The translations under genes and the position numbers were made by a program. A DNA stretch of 58,723 nt, counting the filler, from Sphacelaria rigidula (Eukaryota): the NCBI GenBank assembly GCA_964200075.2. It is 7 parts of 7 records of this genome, joined end to end, with 100 filler letters (N's around TTAATTAATTAA, not from the genome) between each part and the next. Parts side by side here need not be neighbours in the genome. Positions count along the whole stretch, not along the records: positions 16,809 to 25,112 come from CAXNAA020011591.1; positions 25,213 to 33,515 come from CAXNAA020011592.1; positions 33,616 to 41,918 come from CAXNAA020011593.1; 4 more parts are not named here. One strand, given 5' to 3'. A model generated the notes under the pieces. The model did no database searches. It saw only the letters and a list, made by a program, of their open reading frames with translations, and was not told where the DNA came from. Each line of letters opens with the position of its first letter. The stretch's first letter is position 1. This document shows positions 23,236-34,641 of the stretch, one piece after another.

Positions 23236-25112
23236 TTGAATCTGACCACATCGGATCATGTCATTCCCAATCAGTTCGATCGGGCTCCTTCCCCGCGATT
23301 TTCAAGACGCACGGACCTACCTTCGGCCGGTTTTATTACCAACCGCCCCAACATATCTTCGGCTATACCCCAACGGCCAAACTTGCCTACGGAAAGTAGC
23401 CCACAAGTTTCGCTTCGTCATGCCCCGATGCTGATCCCATCCACGCAACTGGACGCAGTTGTGGTTTCATCCCCAAATGTTTTGGAAGTTCCCCGACCTT
23501 TGTCACGGCGAAAAAGAAAGCCCCGTAAGCATGCCCCAAAGGACGCGCGCGCATCATTACGTACACCTCTTTTGAGCGGAAATCCTCGACTTCAACCTCT
23601 CCAAAATGCGACGGCTTTGAGCTCGGCGGCTTTATCAAGTATCTCGGCAGAAACAAAGTCACATGATTCTGAAGGCACTACTTCTTCAATCGACGGCTTC
23701 AGCCCCGCACATCCTGGATCCCCCTTTGACGGTGATCCCTGTCAACCAAAGACGATCATTTACGAAATCGCCAATGACCGTACCACACCTGGAAACATTA
23801 TACCGTCCACCCCCTTCTCTGGTGAGACATCTGACCCACCGGCGGATCATCCGCCGTGCGTTTTTGCTGTCAGCCCCGCTGATCCTGACCAGTTTACCTT
23901 GCCGGAACACGGTCCAGATCTTGTCGGCGGTAAAGCGTCTGCCGATCCGGCCACTTTTACTACTCGCGTTGCGATCCATGCCGGTCCAAACGCTATCACG
24001 CCTACGAAATGCGTATCCTTGTTGGACAGCAGCAGCCCGCAAACGTTTATTAGAGAATCAACATGGAAACACATGAAACAGACCGGCGTTGCTACTGCAG
24101 CTTGCGAAAACACTACCAAACCTCGCGTGTGGGGCGGTTTCGGTGACTCGGCGGCGCCACTGACGACTCGTAAATCCGTACGACTCAGTGTGCAATTCTT
24201 TCACAACACCACTCGATCGGCTAGCCTGGCAGTCTGGGCATACGTTGTCCCCGACAGCACCATGCATCACGCCGTATTATAGGGCAGAGATAGCTATATG
24301 CGGTTAAATAAACGCACTACCGGACGCTTCCACCACTAACGCCACATTCCCCGCCGCGTGAATTCAACCTCGTGCACTTCGGTAATCTCCACGGCGCCTT
24401 CGCTTATCAGAAGAATCCTCAAGCAACCGGAGCTGCTTACCACCTACGATATAACGGTAGCGTGGGTATAACACTCTCCGACGACCCCCAACTTCTTGAA
24501 GATGCACTAGTTCGCCGAAATGGCATGCCAGCACTTTCGGGCCATTATCTTGCCGAAATGTTACCCCGTATTGGCGTACCAGCCGACACAGAACATTTTG
24601 TGTGGGCGGGACAACAACTGCTTCCTCTTACGGGACATGCTAACTTGGAACCCGGCGATGTTTTAGGAATCGCAGCTGCTCCCCTGGTGCACATCCCACT
24701 CGAGACGTGCGTCACAGAGCCTGCCGCACTAAACACCACATCTCCGGCGGAGTCAGTACATTTTGTCGATCAACCCTATCTCGATCTCGCCTCTACTACT
24801 CCACCCCCGGCCCACACCGTGGATCCCGCCCAGTCAAATTCCGATCCTCTTGCTGACGTGCTTCAACGCTTATCACCAGATTCTCGGAATAGTTTCTTGC
24901 ACATTTGGAACCAACTGCCGCCACACATGCGCGACATCAATTTTGACCTTCATGGGCCCGGCTGGGAACCGGCAGTCATCCAAGAACTCAGTGATGTCCT
25001 GCTACAGTACCAAGACCGACTTTCCCGATCCAAGACGGATCTTGGGCATTGCAAAACACTGCCCTTTGAAGTTACCCTTCAACCCGGTGTCTCGCCGATC
25101 TCTTCTCGGCCA
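23236..25112 (+). pseudogene. pol: Pol N-terminus: retropepsin protease and pre-RT region
   Basis: LLDSSSPQTFI at 24019 (degenerate D-[ST]-G) and HAVL*GRD at ~24270-24291 (cf. LLGRD), then a frameshift into ORF 24372-25112. Confidence 0.75.
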
Positions 25113-25212
25113 NNNNNNNNNNNNNNNNNNNNNNNNNNNNNNNNNNNNNNNNNNNNTTAATTAATTAANNNNNNNNNNNNNNNNNNNNNNNNNNNNNNNN
25201 NNNNNNNNNNNN
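25113..25212. other. Artificial scaffold linker
   Basis: N44-TTAATTAATTAA-N44. Confidence 0.98.
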
Positions 25213-26116
25213 TTCAGCATGTAATCGCTAGTGCTCGACGTAAAAACGTCCAAAACCGGTCAACATTGGGGTATAAGTAGACCAAAAAGGGCCAAAATGG
25301 GGGTATATTTTGACACAAGTTTAGTAATGAAAACGAGTTTTTGTTTGCTCTTTTTTTTTTGGAGTCAGCTTCGTTCGTGCGTTATCTCTCTAACGAACCC
25401 AATTGTAGGATGATCGTCAGCGTTGAAATACCCAAACGATCAAACGTCCGTAACTGCACAGACTTGAAGGATGGAGGAAGTATTTGCTCAATTAATTTAT
25501 TTCACCAAAAATCTTGCCGTAGAGTGCACATGGAATAACTGCAGCTGACAAGGTAAATATGTTCATAATATTAGAGATTGCGGGCATTTCCTCTTGGAAT
25601 GCGAAGTACTACTGAGGTTCACAACGTACAATACCCGTCTGTCCAGTGGAGATGGGCGCGATCGGGGACCGTTCCCACCAAACAAAAAAACGTAAAGTTA
25701 TTATTATTATTATTATTCGATTTATTCGATTCGATTTATTCGTCGAACATCAACACTTTCTCCGCGAGGGACTGCTCCGCGAGACCCACGCGACAAACAA
25801 TCGAGGAAAATTTGCCACAATCACGTGCACAACGACGCGTAACAATGAAAGCATGCTTACAGTGGACTGTCGTAGATTTGAAGCTCACCCACGTGTGCCG
25901 AGATAGATGCGAACACCTTTGCGAGTTCAAACTTTGCTTTCATGTATAATCCTGCGGTCAAGATGATCCCAGAAATCTTCTGCAGCCAAAGGGCGGATAT
26001 CTTCCTACTGGGGCAGGATGCATTTGCAATCGCGGACTCGGCGAATCTTGTTACTTGCGTCCGTATCATGCTCTTGCTTACCTGCTCCCGTTTGTGCCCC
26101 CCCCCCCCCCCCCCAG

Positions 26117-29100
26117 GTGTATTTTGGGGTACTATGAAGGAATGGGGAGGAAGCGTATCAAGTGCCCCATGTGTCGCCAGGAGGTGGGTGCGCACAGCAT
26201 GGAAATAAAATCGACGGAACGTACTTACGAAAGGGCGAGATTTTGACAAACGATGCATGCCAATTCGCGGAACAGCTCGGCTCGAAAACGAGATGCTATA
26301 CTGTGCCATCCTCCCATGGGCCTTCGTTTCTAGCGGACCCAACAACGAATGACATGCTGACAGGAACGGAAACGTTTCATTCGTGCGCTCGGTCGAGGTA
26401 TACACCAAATTTATAGCACGGCAAAAGCAATGTCCTGTAGGTAAGTGATGTATATCAACTTTGCTGAGCAGATGGGATCTCGTTCGGAAATATCGCTACA
26501 CGTGAGGTCGTATGCTACGGTGTATCAGTCCCTGGGCGATGGGGTGATATTGGGAGGAGAGGGGAGTGCTGAACGCACTCCGTTAGAGCACGGTGTGTAC
26601 CACCGGCGAGGCATAAAAAATAGTCAAAATGTTGACGACTCGGGGGTGCCATTCAGAGGTTGGGGGGGAGTCGTATATGTGGCACAGGACGAGTCTCATA
26701 CACCGTACCCTCAGATGGGGTTTCGGAGCACAGTTACGGAAGATTTTCAGCCGGGGCGGTAAAACGCCCAACCTCGGCCCCTTCTGTTCACAAAGTTACG
26801 CATTTGCCATAAACAACCCGTTTGTAATAGGTACTTGATTGAAATGATCTTCAAAAACGCAACTTTCGACGGCGTAGCTGCCGCAGCCTCAGGTTGCGCT
26901 TTGCTCTCGCTCGGGGGGTGGTATACTCCGTTTAGCACCTGCCGCTCGGTACCCCCACTTGAACTCGTTTTTCCGGCAAAAATCCCGCGCTTTCGTTCCA
27001 ACGCAGGTGAACATGCTTCATGGATCAGGCGTCGACGTCGCTCGTCCAGCGCAGCAACAACAACACCAAGAGCAACAGCAACGGCCGCAAAGCGCGGACG
27101 ACGGGTCGCCCGAGCAAGCGCCATCACCGGCTTCTCCATCATCATCACCACCAGTGCCATCCGACATTGCGCGCGAAATCGCGATATTCAACCAGCAAAA
27201 TTCGGGGCAAAGGAGAACCATGCGACAGGTACATGTGTACAGGTACTATTATCTTTGCGACAACCATGTATATGGCGGACGGAGGGAGGCGGGGGCACTT
27301 GCCTTGCTTTTGATTTTTATGACACGGCCTTGTCGAGTTTTCCGTGTGAGCGTTTTCGATTATTTTCTCCTTGGGTGTGTGAATCTCCCGACCACGGCGG
27401 CATTCGCAGCGGATCGGGTTGTGTGCGACAATCCGCACATCAGTAATGTCGTCAACCAACTTTCCATGTTTTTGTGTGTACGTCCGCAAGTGGCCTTGAA
27501 CCGAACTTCGTAATATTCGGTAATTTCCCTTGTTTATGTAATCAGGCTGGAGTCTCTGAAAAAATGATGGGGGGCTCCATGTCTTGTAAGGGATAGCAGG
27601 GACGGTATTGGAAAGGCAAGCCTACGTCTGTGACCACGGATTCGAGAGATCGGACTAATGTGCGGAAATAATAATAATAATTCCTTAGAGATGAGATAGA
27701 TGATGCATGAATGGTCTAGAATGCGAAGGGTACATACGCCGTGAGTACACTCGGGAAACGGCTGAGGTGGCCTGTCGCCGCCTTCTTTCTCACACATGTT
27801 TTTCTCAGTGCAAGAAGAACATGAAATGATGCACGTCATGGTCATGTTCCTTGTTGCGGTGTACAGTAACTGCGAAAAAGTAAATGCGGTGGATGTCGGT
27901 TTCGCGTTTCGCATCGTTGCTTCTTCTGCCCGTTTTCTCCTTGTTTACTTCTCCCGAGTACTCGTTCGCCGTGCATATTTTCAGGTATGTGTGTAATCCA
28001 TGCATGACTTCTGTGCCCTACTGTATGTCGGGTTTTTCCCTGTCATTGAATACGCGCGGAATGCTCCACACAGGTGCTCGAGGATGCGCCTTTACTCCTG
28101 CGGCGATTGTGGTCGGATCTGCGTCAGGGAGACCTGCGTGTTTTGAGACCCCTACTCAGGGCTGGTGTTATGATGCAATTGTTCGTGGTGGCGCTGTACG
28201 TCATCAGTCCGGTGAGCAGGGGGGGGCTACGTGAGCACCGTCCCGGTGGGACGGTACCAGGGGGAAAGGGGGCGTCATGGCTGTGGCTGTGAAATGTTTT
28301 GTTCTGTCTTTACACGGTCGTTCATATGTTTTGTCAAGATACCTGTCAATGCCCGCTACGGTTGCAACCCCGCATGGTACCGAATACTCTGCTGTACTTG
28401 ACTGCAGTTGGTGCTTGGCGTTCGATCCCTCAATGAGCGCAGTCTTTTTTTGAGTCCCCCCACCACCCAGCAACAAAGGAATACCCCCCGCCCCCCCCCG
28501 TCCTCCCCACCTCCGGTTCCCTTCGGTATTGTACCGTACCGCGTGTGTAGACGGTGGACATCGTTCAGTCACAGCGTTTATTCACTGCGTTGTGCTTGAA
28601 ATGCACCTATGTTTCAGTGCCCCCCGCGTTGAAGGGACTATGTGATTTACCGGCCCCGGGGAGAAATGGAAGTCAAGATTTCAGAGTTGACCATGATAAT
28701 CGGCTCAGGCATCCTTTCACGCTGAACAGAAGCAACCAACCTGGGAAGGAACATGAGCCGACCCCATCTACTGTCTGCGCAACACGCATAGAGAGCCGAA
28801 CAACCAGCATGCCGCTCTGGCCAAAAGGCTACCATTGCTGGGGCGACCTCACCTAGAGCTACCTGCCGGTGGGGCAGCGATGCCTAGTCTGAGCTGTCAG
28901 GAGTACGCTAATGGTAGCGGCAACCGCTAGAAAGCGCCGTGTCATACTTCTCTCCTGTATTGACTTGAAATATACTCTGCGCCGTGTGTTGTCAATTTCC
29001 CAGTAAGTATCTTGGACACCCGTCAGTCCGTTTTTCACGCAAACTGTACGATACGAAGCTTGGTTGCATGCGACGTGCCCATTCGCTGCTGCCCCCCAAG

Positions 29101-30687
29101 TCTAGTCCTGGAACGCGGGATGGGCCACATGTTTGTTGGTGTCCTTAATTGTCCTGTTCTTTTTTATAGTTTTTGTTGTCCCTTTTGGAGACGGACGGGG
29201 CGTTGAACAGCGAATCAATCGACTCCGATTAGTTCGGAACTCTGCACGACGCTTGCATGGGACGTGTTCGGTCGTGTTCTGCAGAAGAAGGAAAAACAAA
29301 CATGACCAAGCTCGGGCACACGAAATGTGTACTTCCGCTCTCAGCGCCTTACCAAACCCGGGGGTGCGCATACGTGAAATCCGAGGTGCTTAACTTTACG
29401 CCGGGATGATTATGGGCACAAACGTTCCGTTCTTGCCTAGAACGCATGAAATCGGTCATTGAAAAGCGTGTCTTTCAACCCTTACAACACGCTCTAGTTT
29501 AGCTCTTTCGGGTCCTCGGACACGCCATACTCGAAGTGACACCATGACGCCGAGAGACGGTTCTTTTTGTTCAGCCCATCACAGTGAACATGATACAAGG
29601 CAGCTCTCTAGCGGTGTTTTCCCGTCAAAAATGGTTGTCGGCGGCGAGTAATGCGTTTTTTTGTAGCACCCCTTTTTGAATATCTCTCATACCCTCATCA
29701 CCTCACTGAGTGAAAAGACAACAATATATGTACCTTCTTTCGTGAGAGACAAGGATATGACGTATATGACGAGGTTGTGGCCTGAACTGACCAAAGTGGG
29801 GCGAGTCAACGAGGCTCGCCACGACACAGCTGATCGCTTCGTATCAGCGGGTACTTAATACGTCACAAGCTACTTTCGAGTGGCGAGACACACCGTTATG
29901 CAGGGCAACAATATGTACGGGTACATGCGGTGATATAGTGGGAGTATCTTGGTAATGAAATCAACTACCTCTAGTTGATGAAGATTTCAGTGATGCGCGT
30001 GGCACGTGCTGTGCTTTAACGTGCTTCACCTGATTTCCTCCATCAAGACCTCAGATGTTGGCCTTTATCCTTCCGAACACCTCCACCCCTCACTCCCTCT
30101 TCATGGAGCTGTCTCTGAATCTTGATCACCCCCCGCCTCCCCCACTCCTTCCCGCCTGCCTTCCTCCCGTCCCCATTAAAAAAACGCCCGCTCAAAAGGT
30201 GGATCTCCTACCGGAGTCTCTTCTTGGCAATATGTTGGGCTATGTCGACGACGCGCTCCTGGGACTCGTGTTCATCATCCACATCTCCATCGTCTATCGC
30301 GCGGTGTTGCTCTCGTGGGAGAGGGGAAGGCTTGCCCATGCCGCCCCCAACGGCGGCAATCGCGACGGCGGCGACGGCCGCGGAATACAAGGGGCGCTCT
30401 CGCACAGTATGCAGGGGGCGGGGGTGGCGGCGGTCGGGGCTGTATTCGGGGGAATGATGGCGAGTGCTGTCGGTGCTTGTTCGTGGGTGGCGGGGGCGAC
30501 TGCCGTGGGGGTGGGCTTCGCTGCGGCGGTGGTGGTGGCGAGGCCACCACCCCACGGCCGCGCCGCTGCAGTAAGAGTTGTGGACGGTGATAATGGTACC
30601 GGTGGTGATGATGACGGCGATGGTGGTGGTGACGGGGCTGCCGCTGTACTGGCAGCGATGCTGAATCCAGTAGTTCTTCTAGAGTAG
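26117..30687 (+). CDS. RNF170: RNF170-like RING E3 ubiquitin ligase with DUF1232, 5'-partial; exons 26117-26183, 27007-27228, 28074-28211, 30199-30687
   Basis: All junctions are GT-AG and phase-compatible. The spliced product CILGYY...IKCPMCRQE|VNML...IAIFNQQNSGQRRTMRQ|VLEDAPLLLRRLWSD...LYVISP|VDLLPESLLGNMLGYVDDALL...ISIVYR follows RNF170 architecture (RING end, NxxxSGQxR, PxLLR, ISPxDxxPE..G..DD). First RING half not on this scaffold. Confidence 0.85.
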
Positions 30688-32297
30688 GACAATGCGGCGG
30701 CACCCGCCAGCGCTCAGTGCTGGTGCTGCTGCGAGTTTTCACCGTGGTCGGGGCACCGTTGGGTTTTGAGAGGCGGGGTCCGTAGTTCCCGTCCGGTTGT
30801 AAATATCGCGGTGACCACAACCAATGAATGTATCAAGTAATGGATTTCGCAGAAGAGGGAGTTTGGTCGGGTCGTCTCGAACGAATTTTCCAGCGAAAAA
30901 ATAATCGTTGAACGTGAGGTGTAGGTGTTGGCAAGGTCGTTTAGTGGAGCACATGTTTTCCACGGAGCAAATCGTAGTGAGCAGTATTGCCCCGGTACCG
31001 TTGCACAAGCGTGCTGGTATGCGCGAGCCGTTGTCTCTAGACGCGGCACGTTGTGCGCCAGTCTGCGCACGCCGCCGCATTTCTGCGGCGAGAATCTCTG
31101 AGCTCATTCTCTCCACTCCGAGATTTGCGAAGGGTGGGATTTACGTCAAGGCTACTGAGCTCACTTCGGTATTTTGCCTATTTCTGGGTTGGTATGAGCC
31201 GTTTTTGTTCATCATCGAGATTTCTTGAGCCACAAATGACTCTCACGCGTATGGTAGAGACAGTCTCCAGTTGCCTAAATGACGTCCAAAGATGTAACGC
31301 CAGTTGTACAGTCGCAGTGGTGTGGTGGTCAAAAACGAAATACTCGGTGGAGGAGGGATGTAGAGCCCTGTGAAGCATATGATTACTCTTCGCTGGCGTG
31401 TAAAATCCGAGTGGAACTAGATGTGATATTTTATTTTGAGCTTTGACGTGTTCTCACGCTTGATCGCCGCACAACAAGTATCAAGAGCCAGGCACAGGTA
31501 GGAGGATACATCATCGACGGAGTTCGGATAGGGGAGGCGTATCTCCCTTTTTTTCCCCTCTGCCTCGGACCTGCAGACAGCAATCACTGATGGTTTACCT
31601 TCCCGCGAAGTGCAGAGGATGTGACAATACCACAGTATTGACATAATTAGGTTTTTCGCACTTGAAATTTGCGTGCAGCTTCCACGTCATGGCCGAGATA
31701 TGTCCAGAGCTTGGTAATATAGCGTGCGCAACAGAAGTAGTTTTTTTGGTACATTGCATGGCGAAGCTCTCAGTGCTTGTCTCGGTTTGGCGAAGAGGTG
31801 TGCCCGTGCGCGATCAAGCGGTATGTAATAATGAACCCCCGTACGTTTCCTTCTCTTCCACGGAAACGGGGGGGTGCAGGCCATATTCAGCGTGGATCAT
31901 TCCGCCTCTTGTCGCTAGATAAAGACAAGCAGAAAGGTTTGACGAGAAGATGAGTGAAGTAAACAAGAACGATACGTGAGCTGATAGATTATCTTCCACG
32001 GAGTGTTTGATCTGCGGAATTGTACTTGACCAGCGTATTTTAGCAATTGCGCTACGATGTACTGCTTGATGGTCGGCTTTCGACCACACTGTCAGACTTA
32101 TGACAAACCAGCCTACAACTGGGAAAATCGGCCCGATGCTAGATGTGACACCTTTCGCCAAGATGGAGGCACGAAAGTAGTAGGTGGTGATGGCTGTGTG
32201 CCGATGGCCAGACCCATGGTTTTCTTTTCCCTGCGAGTGCAAGCAGACAGAAATGCCGTGCCTTCGGTGGCCGAATCAAGGGTGCGTTTTGACTCCT

Positions 32298-32551
32298 GAG
32301 TCATGCTACGATAGAAGGGGGGGTGTTCGATTCCACGAAAAAATAGGCTCATAATTGCGTCATACAACCCAACACACTCGAGGTATTTTTGTATTTGGGT
32401 AAAAGCGGTGTCAAACAGTATGAATGGGCGCTATAAATCGGAAGCAAGCGCATTCGAATTACCATTCCTCCTGCCATCAACGACGATTGCAAGTAGAATT
32501 TCGTAAACGAAAACGGCCAAAAATACCCCCCCTCCTATCGCAGCATGACTC
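32298..32551. mobile_element. MITE with GAGTCATGCTACGATAG(A/G)AG7 TIRs
   Basis: ~30-bp TIRs containing G/C runs; partial copy at 33616-33685 and an interrupted copy at ~57430-58198. Confidence 0.7.
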
Positions 32552-32599
32552 CTCTCCGGCTTGGGTTCACCAGTCACATGCAGTGTGATTGCCGTTTGC

Positions 32600-33370
32600 A
32601 CCTCACTCATCTCAAGCGTGGTAGTTTTGGTGGAAGATCAGCAACGTACTGCATTCCAACGTCAACCCTTCCCTATGATCTGTGCCTACTGTCTGCGCGA
32701 AACACAACAAGAAATGAACTGCGGCATGAAAACAAAACATTTCTTGGAATCACACACGACAAAATGTCACCTCAAAGGGTCACCTCCGTCGCCGACCGAT
32801 GCTCACATATGCCTCCCATACCACTACCACAATTGCCAGTTCAATTTCTTCTCGCTGCATACCTCCATAATCATTCTACAGTCGACGAACTCCCTGCCAA
32901 CGCATCGCCTCAAAACATGTAATGGGTCGATATCCTCCTCTCTTTCCGTCTACCCTACTGTCCATTCCCCTCCAGTACTCCCACAACTAAAAAACAGGTG
33001 CTCGTCAGACGCCGCCCACTGCATCTCTACAGGGGGAGTCAACTGGCACCCCGTTTTCCGCAATTTTTTTGTCATACATATTGTTACACTCATCCTGTCC
33101 CCAGGCGAGTTCCGATGGATCGAGGATGTTTCCATCCCGCCCCTCAACTCTCTGCGTGCCCTCGAGGATGCGTTGCCAACGGTCTAACCGCCTGTATACG
33201 GCATGCAATCTCTCGTCTCTTCAACTAGATGCTCTTTATTTTCAATTTCTCAAATACACATTTCCGGTCAATCTCTGGGCAAAGACAAGACATACAGTAG
33301 CTACTCCAAGCTTTTTGAAATTCAACGTGTGGGCAACCTGCGTCTGCGCTGATATTATGCACCATATCAC
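32600..33370 (-). pseudogene. Decayed Ty1/Copia reverse transcriptase
   Basis: Ordered minus-strand remnants NFKKLG..CL (cf. FKMKDLG), SPCRDAVGG (cf. PYREAVGSL), RWQGVRRL (cf. HWxxVKRIL); multiple stops and frameshifts. Confidence 0.4.
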
Positions 33371-33390
33371 GCAACCCATCCTCCATACCC

Positions 33391-33444
<54 letters not shown>

Positions 33445-33515
33445 GCCGGCGGGCGCCCAGACACCCCACCACAAACAAACGAAACAAAGAAAGAAACGAA
33501 CACAGCCCACCCCAC

Positions 33516-33615
33516 NNNNNNNNNNNNNNNNNNNNNNNNNNNNNNNNNNNNNNNNNNNNTTAATTAATTAANNNNNNNNNNNNNNNNNNNNNNNNNNNNN
33601 NNNNNNNNNNNNNNN
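33516..33615. other. Artificial scaffold linker
   Basis: N44-TTAATTAATTAA-N44. Confidence 0.98.
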
Positions 33616-33915
33616 TGTCTAACACACGTATGAGCCTCATTTTTCGTGCAACCAAATACCCCCCCCCCCTATCGTAGGATGACTCTTCTGATCTCTCAGT
33701 TTTCAGTATCGCCACCGCTCGTTCCCATGTGTACGGCGGAAATGGCACGGGACCCGGAATTTAAACACTCGTAAATCTTGAGGTCGACCTTTGATGGAAC
33801 CAGCGTAGGATCCCTGCGGTGAACAGAATGAACATACGTGACCCCACGCGAGTATGTATGTTGCTTGACCCAAAAATACATAGCAGAGTATAGCTCAGTA
33901 TAGCCCATAGCTTAC

Positions 33916-34092
33916 CAACTGTTTGCGTATAAGTTGCTGACTTTCCTCGGCGTACGCCCGTCGATTCAACTCCATGTGTCGATACTCGCGCTGGAGCTGC
34001 TGCAAATCCTGAACCCGCTGTGCGTCCTCTTGTGGTTGACCAGCAGCAGCCCCAACAACCCCAGCTGCCGGTCGCGCCATGGCTGACGCCAT
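33916..34092 (-). CDS. ODAD1: First coding exon of outer dynein arm docking complex subunit (ODAD1/CCDC114/CCDC63, DC2-like)
   Basis: MASAMARP...DLQQLQREYRHMELNRRAYAEESQQLIRKQL|GTAAGC; resembles the CCDC114 N-terminal LQRQxxxMExxRRAYxxExxQxIxKQL motif; good donor site. Confidence 0.7.
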
Positions 34093-34641
34093 CGTCCCTT
34101 GAGCTTCCAGTGAACAGAAACAGTAGTCAGCTATAACTTTCACGCCGCCACGGCGCGTTTGTTGCAGTCAGGCCGGTACTCCTGGTGAGAACCCCATCAT
34201 GCAATCTGCAGCACGAAGTGACTGGAGAGGCGGCGCAATTACGCTAATTTCGGCGGCTGAAACGGTTGAAACGGTTCCCCCGCCGAAAGGCGAGAGGGAT
34301 TGCACGAACACAAGTTTTCAAGTTTTCAAGAGATTTTTGCCGTTCGCCTTCGAGACGATTATGCAACAAGAACAAAGACTTTGATACGACAGGTGCCGAG
34401 AATCCAAGGTACACACGTGATACATTCAAGCACCGTGGACCTTATTTTTATCTGGGCTTGGTGGAGTCCATGAGAGCACCAGACAGTCGATGTGCCTCCT
34501 CTGAGGTTTCGAGATATCCGGTTCGACGCTCAGCACTGAACATGAGGACGTGCAGTCGTGGTAGACCCAGAGAGCGCGGTACATGCGCACGACTATCGTG
34601 AGTATTGGAAGAGTTCAGCGGGAGCATTCGTAGTGGACTCT

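Larger units (their letters stand above)
18592..25112 (+). mobile_element. Ty3/Gypsy-type LTR retrotransposon, 5' portion, truncated by scaffold end just before RT
   Basis: Colinear + strand ORF series: long S/R/A/P-rich region, gag-like ORF, CCHC knuckle, aspartic protease, pre-RT linker (SKTDLGHCKTLPFEVTLQPGVSPISSRP). Interrupted by stops and frameshifts. LTR and PBS not identified. Confidence 0.8.

Noticed and set aside
25876-25949. Cys/His-rich stretch (HVCRDRCEHLCEFKLCFHV) as the missing first RING exon of RNF170
   Set aside because: Spacing does not fit C3HC4, and it ends in a stop with no phase-2 donor.
28468-28484. Possible ultra-short C-run-family insert (AGCAACAAAGGAATAC between C-runs); similar weak match before the C-run at ~36470-36506
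   Set aside because: Too short or too diverged to distinguish from chance; AAGGAATACC also occurs at ~58631 outside the element.
33390-33441. Very long poly-C (poly-Pro/Gly ORFs), also G-runs near 51263 and 54358
   Set aside because: Homopolymer length is unreliable near scaffold ends and the ORFs are low-complexity artefacts; no C-run-family sequence adjoins them.
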